Positions 50,101 through 63,500 of a DNA stretch of 64,000 nt are shown piece after piece. A program made the position numbers and the translations under genes. The stretch lies in NCBI RefSeq assembly GCF_964204645.1, contig NC_134033.1:7944655-8008654 (forward strand), given 5' to 3'. Positions within the stretch are counted from its first letter, which is position 1. Each line of letters opens with the position of its first letter. The DNA is from Tubulanus polymorphus (lineage: Eukaryota > Animalia > Nemertea). Under the pieces are notes generated by a model. The model did no database searches. It was not told the DNA's origin and worked only from the letters and a program-made list of their open reading frames with translations.

Positions 50101-51590
50101 GTTATAATATATAAGAATGTGTCTGGTTATTTGTATTGGAACAGTATGAATAAGTGACCAGGTTTGGGACATTGTGTTGATTACTTCAAAGGAGGTGTGA
50201 AAATGTTTTCAGAACTGCTGTTGAAATATTAAAGCTCAGGCCAGTATAAAAGCATGTGATAGAAAAAAAAGGAAATGTATTTCTTGTTAAAATAAGATGG
50301 TTTGTTCTTTATTGTTATTATTACTGCATGTTTACGATATTTATGTTTTATACTATATTTTGTGTTTTTGGACCACACTGTTATTCATGTAGAATCAAAT
50401 CTAGTATTGAAAGGACCACTCTGTACAGTAGACTCCACTTGTTACGGAGCAGATTGCTGATGATGAGGGCCTATCCTCCTATCGCCCCAGAATATGCCTC
50501 CCTCGAAGAAATCTATCAATCCTGACGAGATCAGAAACATGCATAGTCCATTGAAGTCTGTAGTTCATTCCATTAGTGAAATAGGTAAAAGCTTATATGC
50601 CTAATCATATACTTCAATATGCAAATTTCCAAATTCTTTCAGTTTTTGGCATTGATAATTTACTGTAAGTGTGAGCGAATTTCAAGCCGAAGATGGCTGC
50701 CTCCTCTGGCATCACTCAGTATAATGTTGTGTAATTAGTAACGGTAGTTGGCTTTTGTGAATTGATTACGAAAATCAATTCACAAAAAAAATTGGTGAAA
50801 TATATCTAATGAAGGTAGCCATCGTGAGTCTTTTTTGGCTGAATTTATTGTCGGATTTCTCTCGAATAAGGTAGCCGTCATTTCAGGAATGGTGCAAACA
50901 GGCATACAAGATTGGAGCTAATTTTACCAGTTAGGTTAGACTCCACCCAACTTGGTAGAGTTGTTACTAGCTATTTTAGTAAGAGAATCCAGGCTAAAAA
51001 ATGCCAAAAGAATATTTGTAAAATTCACCGACTAGTGCAGTTTACCAAGTTGACAGCGCTGTCTAATATGTTTAGATTTATTTCTAATCATGATTACGAA
51101 TGTATGAAAATTGTGATCATTGTCGAGCAATTTAGCGGTAAATTTCATATTAACACATGTTCTATATAAAATTAATTGATCACCACTTTTTTGAAAGTGT
51201 GGAGATCGTGCGTAATGTCTGGTGTTTCAGTGATATTTTGAAAACTGCTCTCTTCTGAATTCATGTTGATTATCACATTGATTTCTTTACCACTTGAGTA
51301 CAGCAGCCGACCATCAGTTTTACTACATGTACATACCTATTTAGCCTCCAGCCAAAATTTCATTCGCTGCATTGTGCTATTGTTATGGCTAGAAAAATTC
51401 ATACTTTGTTTCTCATTTCTGTTCAGCTTAGAAGTTGACCCGGCTGGCCACCTATCTACCCCGTACATTTTCTTTCTTTTTAAAATCTCGATCAAGCTAG
51501 CCATAACAGACCCCCAGCAGCTAAAGAAATGAAGTGATTACAAATTTTATTGCAGTTTACAGAGTGACCTGACCGAGAAACAAGGTATCA

Positions 51591-52812
51591 TTTTTAGCCC
51601 ACTTGGGACTTTAGTCCCAGCGGGCTATTGTGTTCAGTTTTCGTTCGTTCGTCCGTCCGTCCGTCAGTAGACAGAATCCAGTTATTTTGGGATGTTTTGA
51701 AGATGCTTCAAGGTAATGTCTTGATATTTGGTTTATGCATGTATCTACCCTAGACACATATTCATCCCAAAAACTGGCCCTGTCAGAATCAATATGGCCG
51801 ACTGGCAGCCATTGTTGTTCGCCAAAATCAGCACTTTTTACACGTTTTTGAACTTTTTAAGGGAAATTTTGAAGACACCTTGTTCAATTACCTTGATCTT
51901 TCGTATATATCAGCATAACAAAAATTGGGTCGATTGGACTCAAGATGGTCGTCCTATGACCTTTTAAATGCCCAAAAATGTCAATTTTGGCCCGAATTCT
52001 GAGTCCTGTAGCTTCCTACTGGTTTGCCATTTCTCATTGCAATTGCTGATGGGTATTCTTTGGAAAGAGATTTTTTATACCCGAGACAGGTATTTTTGTT
52101 CAGCCAATTATGGCGCAATTGGCAGCCATCTTGGTGTCATCAGTACTCATTCGTAGGTGGAAAAAATATTTTCGACATTATATTGATAGCTAAGCATATT
52201 TTGTTACAACAACAAATTAGAAAGTTGTAGCTTATAACGTGTTCTATGATTGTGGTGAGTTTCAAGTTCATAGGTTTTTACATATGGCCAGCATGGGGCG
52301 TTGAATAACACAATATCTTTGTATTTCTATATTATATTTGTACCAACACATATTTTGTTACCACAATCGATCGCAAAGTTGTAGCTCATAACATCGTCTA
52401 TGATTGTGGTGAGTTTTAAGGAAATTAGCTATTCTATATGATCACCAGGGGGCGTTGAATAGTAGAATAACCTAGTATTTCCTTATTTTATTGGTACCTA
52501 GGCATAAGTTGTAGTTCATGACATGTTCTATGATTGTGGTGAGTTGCAAGGTTATTGGGTTTTGAATATGGTCACCAGGGGGCGTTGAATAGTAGAATAA
52601 CTTAGTATTTCCATATCAAATTGGTAACGAGGCATATATTTCACAATCAATTACAAAATCGTAGCTGCTGACTTGTTCTATGATTGTGGTGAGTTTCAAG
52701 GTCATTGGTTTTTTATATGGTCACCAGGGGGCGTTGAATATTGAAATTGTTAGATTGTTGAGCATTTGAAACTACTTCCCAAGTGGGCATGGTGTCCCTG
52801 GACCCCTAGTTT
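51591..52812 (+). mobile_element. Family A HINE, full length
   Basis: Collinear with 39245-40511; units at 52285, 52439, 52569, 52718. Confidence 0.85.
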
Positions 52813-53651
52813 AGCCTAAACTGCAATAATTTTACCCGTTAATTTTATCAAATCAAATTTTACCAAAAAGCCCTGATATTGGGGTTTAACATAGCACTCG
52901 AAGAGACATATACTGCACACTGATGTATGTACTATACACATAAAGCAGGTTATATAAGATAAACTGGGATACCTAAAACGTCAGGTATCTAGCCTTTTTT
53001 GGTGAAATCGTAATGTCCAAACGACCAATCCACCAGCCCTCTCTTTATTCAACCATTTCAGCTTGATTTTTTCCCACCTGCCTGATCATGATAAAAAAGG
53101 TACCGTTTTAGCCTTATAATTACTCCTTGCATGTATCTTTAATTTATATGCTCCTGGATTAATTTCTGCAGGTTCTCTTTTAAATTGTTTGTTGTTTTAT
53201 CATAACCTGTATAGTATTGATATACCTCGTGGGTCCATGATTTGGTTTTTCATATCTTCAAAGCTGCCAAAATGACAGAATAGTTTCCTGAATTGCACTG
53301 GTTCACTGAATACACAGTGTTTTCATAACCCAGACTAAAGAGAAAACCATTTTAATCTAATCTGGTATCTTAACCCTAGAGAGCCTGAAACATGACAGAA
53401 TGTCATGAAAATTATAAAACTTTATCAATAAACTACTAAAAGTTGTAGAAATCAAATAGAAAGTTTATTACTAATTTTCACATAACAATTACGAGTCCAT
53501 AGGCCTTTATAGTATTTTATCCAAAATTAACACAAAAAATAGAATATTCTGCAGATTATTCAACCAGAATAACTCTAGACAAACAAATCACTGTTAAACA
53601 GTGATTTGTTTGTCTGGAGTTATTCTGGTGGTTATAATTATAACCATCAGC

Positions 53652-55437
53652 TCATTTGTGGAAATAGAGAAAACAGTTTTTTTCTTTTGTCAGACAGAGA
53701 TGTGCATCGCACTTTATACACTTGATATGTGTGTAGAAAGAGTTAGCCCTTGGGCATAGTTTACAGCGCTTTCTGACTTCTGTGTGTATGGGGAAATGAT
53801 TTATTTCATCTTTCTGTATATCGTGCACAACAGGAGCGAACCTACGACGACGAGGTGGGGGCGGGGCGGGAATACCAGCCTCCCGTTCGAGTGACTGACG
53901 GCCCCGTTTGCGCTCTTTTCCTTTTCCAGCAGACGTAAGTGTATGGGCGCACAATGCTTGAAACTTTCGCAGTTTCATCACACGCTTTGGATTTGTGCCT
54001 TTTTCACGATGGAACCTTCTAAACAATAACCAGGCATTTACCAAAGCCATAGTAACTGAATGCCAAAATATGTAAAGGTACCATCGACGCGAACGAATGT
54101 TGTACTTGTACACAAGTTGACACACATATTGAGCAGATCAATCCCGCCCATAAACTTATTGTACTCGGCCACAATGGCTGGCTTTGGTATATCTTCATAC
54201 TTGTTTTCTTTTTTGTTCCATCGCCTTGCTGTTGTTATTGGCCGATCTGCAATGTACGATGAGACTAGGCTGACAACCCTTTTGTCAGTCCAGCGTAAAC
54301 AAGCCACATTTGTTTTTTCCTCGACTTTGAACACATAACGTAACTTACAATTTGTAACCCTGTTCATACGAACAGTTCCAAGGTACCAAATCCTTTTTTT
54401 CGCCAATTTTTCAACAAGCGCTACTGACGAAAATAATTATCAGCAGCAACCTTGAAATTCATATTTGCTTGAAGAGCATCGCACATTCTATCGACAACAG
54501 CTGATGACATACCAAGTGCTGGTTTAGGCTGATCAGCTCCTAGAGGCTGATACAGATCAAAATCATATATGTAACCATCACTTCCTGATCTGCCCCATAG
54601 TTTGAAACCCCATTTGTGGGGCTTCTGCGGCATGTAAACACGCAATCCAGAGCGCCCTTTAAATGGAATGATTATCTCATCCACAGAATGAAGCTCTTCT
54701 GGGGGGATTGAAAGGAAATTCTGCCTCAGTGAGTCATACCAGGGCCGAAGTTTCCATAGTTTGTCTCGTTGCTTTTCTTGTGTCACTGTGTTATTGTCTT
54801 CAAAATGGATCAATTTTAGTAGTTTCAGGAATCTGTCACGCGACATGACTCCAGAAACGGCTTCATACGCGATTTCGGACTCCCAGTATACCCTCACATT
54901 TGGCATCTTAGCAAGTCCAATATATAGATATATTCCTAGTACTTGCTCAATTTCCGCTCCTGTAGTGTTTATCGACTGACCATCCAGCATAACACTGTAT
55001 TTAATGGTTTCCTCTGCCACATGTTGCAACATCACGTCAGTAATGAACATTTTGAATAGAAGATACGGCGTAACCTTACCCTGGTTAGAGGTCGGTAGTG
55101 GGGGAAGTTGTAAGTCGCCGTGGAACTGAATGTCTGTAGGGGGAATAAAGTCCTTTGTTTTCCATTTATACTGGTCATTCGGTGTAACGCAATTTTGTGC
55201 ATATTGCTGAAGGGGGATATTATCATCGTCATCCCAATCAGAGTCAGAGTCGTTTCTGTTGGCTAAATTCTCATCATTTTCTCTCTCATTTTCATCTACG
55301 TTCTCATCATCTTTATCCTGTGCTCGGTACTCATCTTCTTCATCATCATCACTAGCAAGCCTGTCTAATTCACATACATTGCCATCCAATTCATCCAGGA
55401 CATCATTGACTGTCAATTTCTGAGCTCGTTGTGCCAT
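53652..55437 (-). pseudogene. piggyBac (PGBD2/3-like) transposase with two frameshifts
   Basis: SVDE, KPHKWGFK, DNYF, GTVR.NR, YNKFMGGID motifs and C-terminal Cys-rich domain; frameshifts near 54430 and 54125. Confidence 0.9.
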
Positions 55438-55884
55438 AGTGTGAACTGAATCTGTAAGAATAAATTGAAAACAAAACATGAGCAAATCTTTCAAATATTA
55501 TCCATACAGTAGAGTAACATAAAGAATAAATCTGGCATAAGTTATATGTGGAAAACCTATTTTGAAACTTTTGAACATAGTGGCACAAAGTAGTCAGTAC
55601 AGCCTGTGGATGCATATGTGAATCCACTGTCATGACCTCATGTTGTGACATGATTATAAGTGATAACTGAACAAATATATAGTTTATGTGTTCTCTCATA
55701 ATCGCTTTTACAAGTTTATGACAAGAAAACTAAAATTACTTACGTTAAGTCGAAATATTTTCAAAATTGTTTGCCCACTTCACAACTTCTCATCATTTCA
55801 TGGGCGCTGCCATCTTTGAATGAATAGTTCTAATGCTGAACACTAGATGGCATACGCGTACGGTATCATATTTGAGTCCACAGG

Positions 55885-56530
55885 CGTTTGTCTACATCTT
55901 CTACATTGGTTACTGCATCGGTCGGGGTGCGCGCGTATAGATGATGCAGGGGCGGATGGCGCGGCTAGGTGATGCGTACTGAGGCAGCGGAGCACATCTT
56001 TGATCGTCTCCTGGCTGCTAGCGTTCCACTCAACAACTGTTCTTGGGAAAAAGGAGTTGCTGTACTCCTCGGTTGACATCCTAAACTGGGAAAGTTTGAA
56101 GTCGTTCCGCCTTCTGGTTTTCCCTAGTCCTGTCGTTGTGTCTCGGTCTTTAGGGATCGCTGTCTCCTGATAACGTGCGCTTGAGTCATTGATAAACAAC
56201 AAGAATAAGAGAGGCCAGAGCACTGTACCTTGAGGTACTCCTGATTCAACTGTGACAGCTGGGGTTGACTTGACACCTTCAACTACAACGTCCTGGGTCC
56301 TACTGCACAGAAACTCAGCGATCCAATTCAGGGTTGTACCTCGTATGCCGTTGTTCTCAAGTTTATTCAGCAAACGTTGATGAGGTACAGTATCAAAGGC
56401 TTTACTAAAGTCTAATACTGCAACATCGACTTGGGTTTTCTTGTCAAATAACTCGAGTAGTTCATGTGTAGTAATAATGAGTTGCGTTTCAAATGAATGT
56501 CCTTTTCGGAATCCGTGCTGGGTTTGAGAG
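55885..56530 (-). mobile_element. CR1/L2-like LINE RT fragment inside the piggyBac
   Basis: QHGFRKGHS, LDFSKAFDTVPH, SGVPQGTVL.PLLFLLFIND joined by deletion to YSNSFFPRTVVEWN; YADD region missing. Confidence 0.85.
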
Positions 56531-57101
56531 AGGGGTAACAAAAAGTTAAGTAACACAAAATTATCATGATTAGTAACTAATGACCTTTGTTGATTAATTA
56601 GTGGATGCGTATGTGAGTCCAACGGCTCTCTAGGGTTAAAGCTAGCTGTAGGTGAATGTATCCTCTTCGGAACCATCCATTTTCATCACAATGCGAATGC
56701 TTTACTTTTTTGCATACCCTGGTAACTTTCAATAAGTGCTGTAAACCTCGCCTTTCTCAAACATAGCCAACTCGCACAAAGATTGAATTAAATTTTTTAC
56801 TTCCTAACGTGTTTTCCTATCCTTAACTCGGGATTTGGCTTACCTCAGACCAATTTTGCTGGTCTCAGTTCATCTGACTTAGGCCAGATTTACTGAAGTT
56901 ATTTTTGTGTAAACTATTTGACTATGGATGAAATTTGAAATTTGTTCATGTTCATGCAATCTTTTTGATGACAGAATACAAATACGGGGTTGCTTTGATT
57001 ATCGGCATATGTATGTACGCAAATATCTAATAAAAAATACCCAAATCTTCAATGTTCACTATGTAGATCTATAGGAATGTAGTCAAAAATTCCTTCAGTA
57101 A

Positions 57102-57213
57102 AAATACCCAAATCTTCAATGTAGGTAAAATCCCCACTCTTATGGGGCAGATGAGCAAATACCCAAATCTTCAATGTAGGTAAAATCCCCACTCTTATGG
57201 GGCAGATGAGCAA
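57102..57213. repeat. Perfect 55-bp tandem duplication
   Basis: AAATACCCAAATCTTCAATGTAGG...GCAGATGAGC twice, with a partial third start at ~57035. Confidence 0.85.
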
Positions 57214-60200
57214 TTTTCAAGAACATTTTAAAGCCGGATACCAATATTTCTCCAATTTTATTCGCTTGCAATGATTAAACTGCAATATATTTGATCTGTG
57301 CAATCAACTCATTCGTCCCGATAAATTCATAGAATTAAATAGATACTTACAATGACTAGAAATAATGAACTTTTAATCTTTAATACTTTAGAATTTTAAC
57401 TGGAATATTTTTGGACTGTGAACTTTTTTTAACTTGTGGTATATTTCACTGTGCAATGCAATCAATTATTAGAAATAATGAATTTTAACTTTAAATTCAA
57501 GCTAGTGTAATATATTTGATCTGTGCGATGACCTCTTTTTAACTTGCAATACAGTCATACCTCGATTTAATGCCACCCTTGGGGATTCTTGATTTTGGCG
57601 GTAATAGAATGTGGCAGTAAAACGGGGTTTTAAGTCAGGTCACTCAAATACCTACTATGTACCTACTATCTGCTCATAACGATGCATATTGATGTGATGA
57701 ATTTAAAAAAAAAATCTAAAAACACCCTTTTTGGATCCGCGCCTGGTAGAGTACAACTCACTTAATAATTTGGATGACTAGGGACTGCCCAGATTTCTCT
57801 GAATTGAGTTAAATCCTGATTATGAATGATAGTTTACATGGTGCCAGGTTAAATGGACCAAATATTTCATCGGAATTAATATTAAACGACAATCTAGAAG
57901 AGAAATCAGAATAAAGTGAGTTGTACTGTTGTATTTCTTAATTCAAACTACAATAATTTGTATGCTCATGATAATTCTTCTGTTACAACAGTAAAATATG
58001 AATAAATAAAAGAAATATAAATAATATGCAAATGAATAATTGTATCTACTTGCACTCTAAGTCAAAAGGTGCGGTTTTTTACCTCCTCGACGAAGAATTG
58101 GGGATTTTTACCGCGAACTGTTAGTGCATGTTTTAGGTCATGCTTTTGTTATATTTTTTAAAAATTTTTGTCTGTTATATAGTCAAAAGTCATTGTTGAG
58201 TTTATGTGGAGTACAGGTCTTCTGATGAAGGAAACATTCAGGGGTTCCAGAGCAGTGGATAGATACCCAATAAAGCTCCAGGCAAACACGTCATAAGAGT
58301 ACTGCTATATCAATGGCTCAGATCAGAAAGGAAGCGTAGAGGGTGAATTGTATATGTTGGTCAGAATTTTCTCCTAAATTAGCTCCTAAATGATCCATGC
58401 CAAATCGTCTCTGCGTAATTGCAGCTATAGGACAGTGTGGAGGAATTCAATAAAGTGGAACTTCATTAATACGAATCTTGTGTGGGCAAAAGTGAGATTG
58501 TCGTATAACGGGTTCCGTATTAAAGTTTGATTGAGATGAATATCTTAGCTGATACATGCTGGAAATCATGATAATGAACGGGTTTCGTCTTAAACTAGAG
58601 TCGTATTAATGAGTTTCAACTGTATTAATGGGCAGTTGGATGATGTCATTAAAGGATTTAGGCGTTAGCCATCATTTTATGAAGGGTCATGTTATGAGAA
58701 TAAATGTGCACTGATTTTCTAAGGCTAAGCCACAGGGATTTCTTGGCAAATCTTTTGCTAATTGTTATATATTTGTATTGAACAATGTGCCATGTATGTA
58801 CTGGCCATCATATCTCATCTGATTATGAAAACGTGCCTGTATCCAATAAATCCAAATTTACAAATTAACTTCAGACTGAATTATTGTTAATATCAGACAG
58901 CTGATTAGTAGAATAAATTAGGCTATATATGTAGTTGGGCGTTACATTTGGAACGGGTGCTATAGTGATGGGTTATATATTGTAGAATGATTTTATTTTT
59001 CATGACAATTACACAATGATTATGAGTTATCATAAGATAAGCTATAGCCTTTTATTTTGATACTTATGTGTAATTTGCTCAATTTTTTCATTAGTCTATT
59101 ATCTTGGAGTAATCATTCGACTACTCTATTACCTGGATCTAGAATCCAATTACATGTAAATGTACAACTTTATTTGATTCCTATTAAAGTTCACAATATG
59201 CTTCATCAAAGTTTGCTTTGTTATGGATTGTTGCTTTATTGTTTACCAGTGCACCAATCGACAGCTTATCATTTTACTTCTTGTTCAAAGTGGACCCACT
59301 GAAATGAGTGAATGAGGCGATCGAGTTTTTGAATATACTGGAGACTTTGATTCAGATTCAGTGCCCAGAATCAGGAATGTGTGTCATGGGTACGAATGTA
59401 GATTAAAATGTCCCGGGATATAATGCCCCCAGAAAAATTGTCCATGTGCATATTGAGAACATATGTGAGCTCATTACATGATGCGTCAAATTTTAGATTT
59501 TGCTACCGGTATTGAGTTGAATGCACAGTTGCTTAAGTACACATATGTACATATCAATGGAGAATATTTATAAGTATCGGTACACATATGTACATATCGA
59601 TGGAATGAATATGAATAGTATTATGAAAAGTTATAATCTAAACGCACATGTCAGTTTTAATTAATACATCAAATTTTAGATTTTAAATTTATAGAAAATG
59701 ATTAAGTCAAAGTAGGGTTATCAAATGTTGAAATTGGTAAAAAGAAAATATGTTGATGACTAGGCAACTGTGAATTCATTAACATTGTACACGATATTCT
59801 TATTACCGGTACTCTAAATTTGACATACTGAACGCTCAGTTTAGATATAACATATTTCTAGATAATTCAAATCGAAAGTGAATTAGTAATTTAAAAAAAA
59901 GGTAAGACATAGACAATTAAAGTGTGACAATTAACATTGGAAATGATAGTTTTACACTACTTGTAGGTGAAATTTTGAACAACATATTTCGAGATAATTG
60001 GACATTAGAAAATGATCGCGCAGTTTAATTTAATATAGATCGATTGCAAGTTATAATTCAAAGATCATATGAAAGAATAAGTTGAAGAATTGATGTGAAG
60101 CTTTTTTGACGAGCTGGTTTGTTGAAATTTACGGTAAATCAACGATGAAATAATAGTTCATGAAGATTTGACACACTATGTCATGAATTAATCGAATCAA

Positions 60201-60519
60201 AAGTTCTGGTTGAAAGCATTAGGTCAAAATTCTTGTTTTTGCTGTTGTGTTATTAATATGAATAAAAATTTATAATGCATGCATCTTTCTGGCATTTTAG
60301 CCTCTGGCAATTTCACCAATTAGACCTACACCTTCGGGGAATTAGTGTCACCTCTGGCATCATAACCGTGCACCGTGCAATTTCCTGATTATTTCCAATA
60401 ATTCGGAATTTCTTTTGTAAAGCTGTTCATTTCGTTATTGTGTGCGTAAAACTTAATAAGTGTTAATTATTGATCGGACATGGACATCTGTCCCGTCGTT
60501 TCCCTGGAGGGACCGCCCG

Positions 60520-63500
60520 TACGAATACGAATACGAATATTTATTACACTCCAACCATTCCCATGGTATATGGAGGGGAAAAAACAGTATTTACAATTAT
60601 TTACAAAAACAGTAGATAAAAGCACTTCGAAACATAACAAACGTTATTTACAACATACTATTTACACACACTACCGGAGGGATCTATATACATCCAGACC
60701 TAATTTGATAAATTTAGCAAGTTTAAAAGTAAGATTCCGAAAGGTATTTGAATTTAGGTAGCTTTCACGGAATACGGTAAGTAATTTACAGTCAAAAATG
60801 AAATGTAGTTCGTCGCCTAAAACGTTACAGGTGGGGCATAATCTACGGTTCTCGGTAGATGGAGATTTGACAATTTATTTACAGGTAGGAGATAAGACCC
60901 AATCCTGAACTGGAATAAGCTGGTCACTAAGTCGTCATCAAGCCGATTTATATAGTTTTCAAATTTGATATCCTTCTTATATTGTCTAAAATTAATGTAT
61001 AACGGGTTATTATTTAGCCTAAATTCTGTATCTTGCACATGCTGATCACGGAGTATACGGTGTAATTGTTTTGGAGAAGTCCTAGAGTTTACCATAGATT
61101 GTTGTGTCCATATATACGAAAGGCCACAGTCATCAAAAGTCTTCTTAATAAATAACAGCCAGGGGCTCTTAAACCTATCATTCAGATATAAATTATAAGA
61201 TATCTTATAGAGAATTGAACTAAGTTTACTTTGTTTGCACTCAATCGTTTTGACCCAAAAATTAATCATTCTACGCTTTACGCTTATATACATAGGATAA
61301 CGTCCTAACTCCGCTAATACTTGAAGGTTATGGGAATATTTTGTAACTTTCATGATAATTTTACAAAATAAACAGTGGAGGTTTTCTAATAAGTCAAGGT
61401 TTTCATATCCCCAGATTTCGCAACCGTACAACGCGATAGGAGCGACGCACATGTCAAATAGTTTAAACATTACATCTACAGGAAGTTCCAAACGTCTGTC
61501 CTTTTGAATAATAGAATACATCTTTCATAGCTTTATCATAGAGAAATTTTTTTGCTTTAGCGAAACTACCGTTCCAATTGAATTTCACTCCGAGATACAC
61601 ATAATCCTCAACTAACTCTAACTCCTGATTACCGAACATGAATTTCGAAATACGCTTAATCCTACTTTTACTTCGAGCGAAGACTAATATTTTAGTTTTA
61701 TCAACATTCACCGTGAGGCCGTTGTCGGCGCAATATTCAAATAATGTATCCAAATGTGACTGGAGAGATTCCTCATCATCAGCAAGAATGACTGTGTCAT
61801 CCGCATAAAGGATAATGAATAAGTTAAGTAAAGTCCCTAGTTCTGGGTCACAATTCACATTAAGCTTTTCAATATACGACAAAGTTGGTTTACCGCGCGT
61901 AGCAAAAAAGTCTTCAATATCGTTTAAGAATAAGGAAAATAGGATAGGTGATAAATTTTCACCTTGTCTTAAACCTCTATCAGCAGCAAAATACTGTGAT
62001 GTGTTTCCGTTAAATTGAACACATGATTTCACCGAATTATAGATATTTTTAACTACGTTCAAAAAATTCCCCGTAATGCTACTCTCTATCAATTTTCTCC
62101 ATAATGTAACCCGGCAAACCGAGTCGAAAGCCTTCTTAAAATCTACAAAGGCGCAAAAAAGTCTTCTTCCTTGGCATAAGTACAATTCGACGATTGTTTT
62201 CAACGCGTAAATATGGTCAGTAGTAGAATATTTTGGTCTAAATCCGGCCTGTGCTTCACTAATTATATTGTTTGAATCGAGAAAAGTTGACAGCCTTTGG
62301 TTAAGGATACTTGTGAATAATTTACCAAGACAGCTAACTAGTGTTATACCTCTATGATTATCAGGATTAGTGGGATCGCCTTTCTTTTTAAAAACAGGTT
62401 TAATTATCCCTATAGACCACGTCTCCGGAACATGTCCAGTCTTAAGAACTAAATTAAATAGGTTTCGTAATATATTAACTAAGCACGGATACCGACTAAA
62501 TTTTAATAACTCATTAATGATTCCATCTATACCAGGTGCCTTATTGTTCTTAAGCAATGAGATAGCTTTCATTACTCCATCAGCTGTTATGTCGCAGTTT
62601 AAAATATGGTTGTCATATACAGGAGGATCATCATTCTGTTGTTCAATATTATCGTTCCCTTCGTTTACACCATTTAAGTCATTTAATTGCATAAAGTGTT
62701 CAAAAATATCAATATCAATATTAGCGTCCTTAGTTTTTGCATAAGTTGCAGAATTAAGCATAGCCCAATACTTTTTCGGGTTATTAAATTCACAATGTCG
62801 TAGTTCTTTAATAAAAGTTTCCTTCTGTTTTCTCTTACTTTCCCGGATGATTTTTTTATATTTCTTTGACGAGTTCTTGAAAGCATCAAAGTTAGAAGGG
62901 GTGGGGCAACCTCTATATCTGTTTTTATTATAATTATAATCTTTACGCGCATCCCTACAGCTACGATTGAACCACTTGTTATGAACCGGGCTTCTACGTC
63001 TTCTATTTTTCCTATTGAGCACCAAGTTACATTCTTCGGCACTTAACACCAGGGAAGATACAAATCTATCAGTGAGTTCGTTTACTTTGTTTAGAGACTG
63101 ACTACCTGGGTCCTGCAATCCATCCATAAGTGAATCATTGAGGCCAATGTCATATAATCTTGATTCTACTGTCGCGAAAAACTGATCTGATCTACTATTG
63201 TCCCATCTAATTGATGGCTTTCCATTTACCTGCTCATTGTTAGCATTATCAGCAATAATAGTGTCCCTAGAATTTCTGCTTAAACAAAGCCTAAAAGAGA
63301 GATGTCCATCAGACAATAGCGGTTCAAAAGGCATTATCTGAAAGTCGCAAACATATTCAAACAGGTCAATATCGCATACAAAGTAATCAATAACACTAGT
63401 TCCCTTAAAAGTATAATCACCAGACTGGTCCCCGCCACATCTGCCATAATTAATGAATGATTCTTACAGAAATCAATTAACTGATAGCCTGTGTTATTCG

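Larger units (their letters stand above)
53374..56635 (-). mobile_element. Full-length piggyBac transposon
   Basis: TTAA TSD (53370-53373, 56636-56639); 12-bp TIR CCCTAGAGAGCC; transposase inside. Confidence 0.93.

Noticed and set aside
53652-55494. Domesticated PGBD gene or programmed frameshifting
   Set aside because: Two frameshifts, an apparent internal deletion after GTVR.NR, and intact TIR/TSD indicate a decayed transposon copy
55843-56676. 277-aa ORF as an intact RT gene
   Set aside because: It starts outside the piggyBac TIR, reads through non-coding sequence and lacks the YADD region: a chance open frame over a deleted LINE fragment
56640-60500. Second host gene downstream of TMTC4
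   Set aside because: No recognisable coding exons; AT-rich sequence with MITE remnants (~57551, 57749-57927, 58455-58624)
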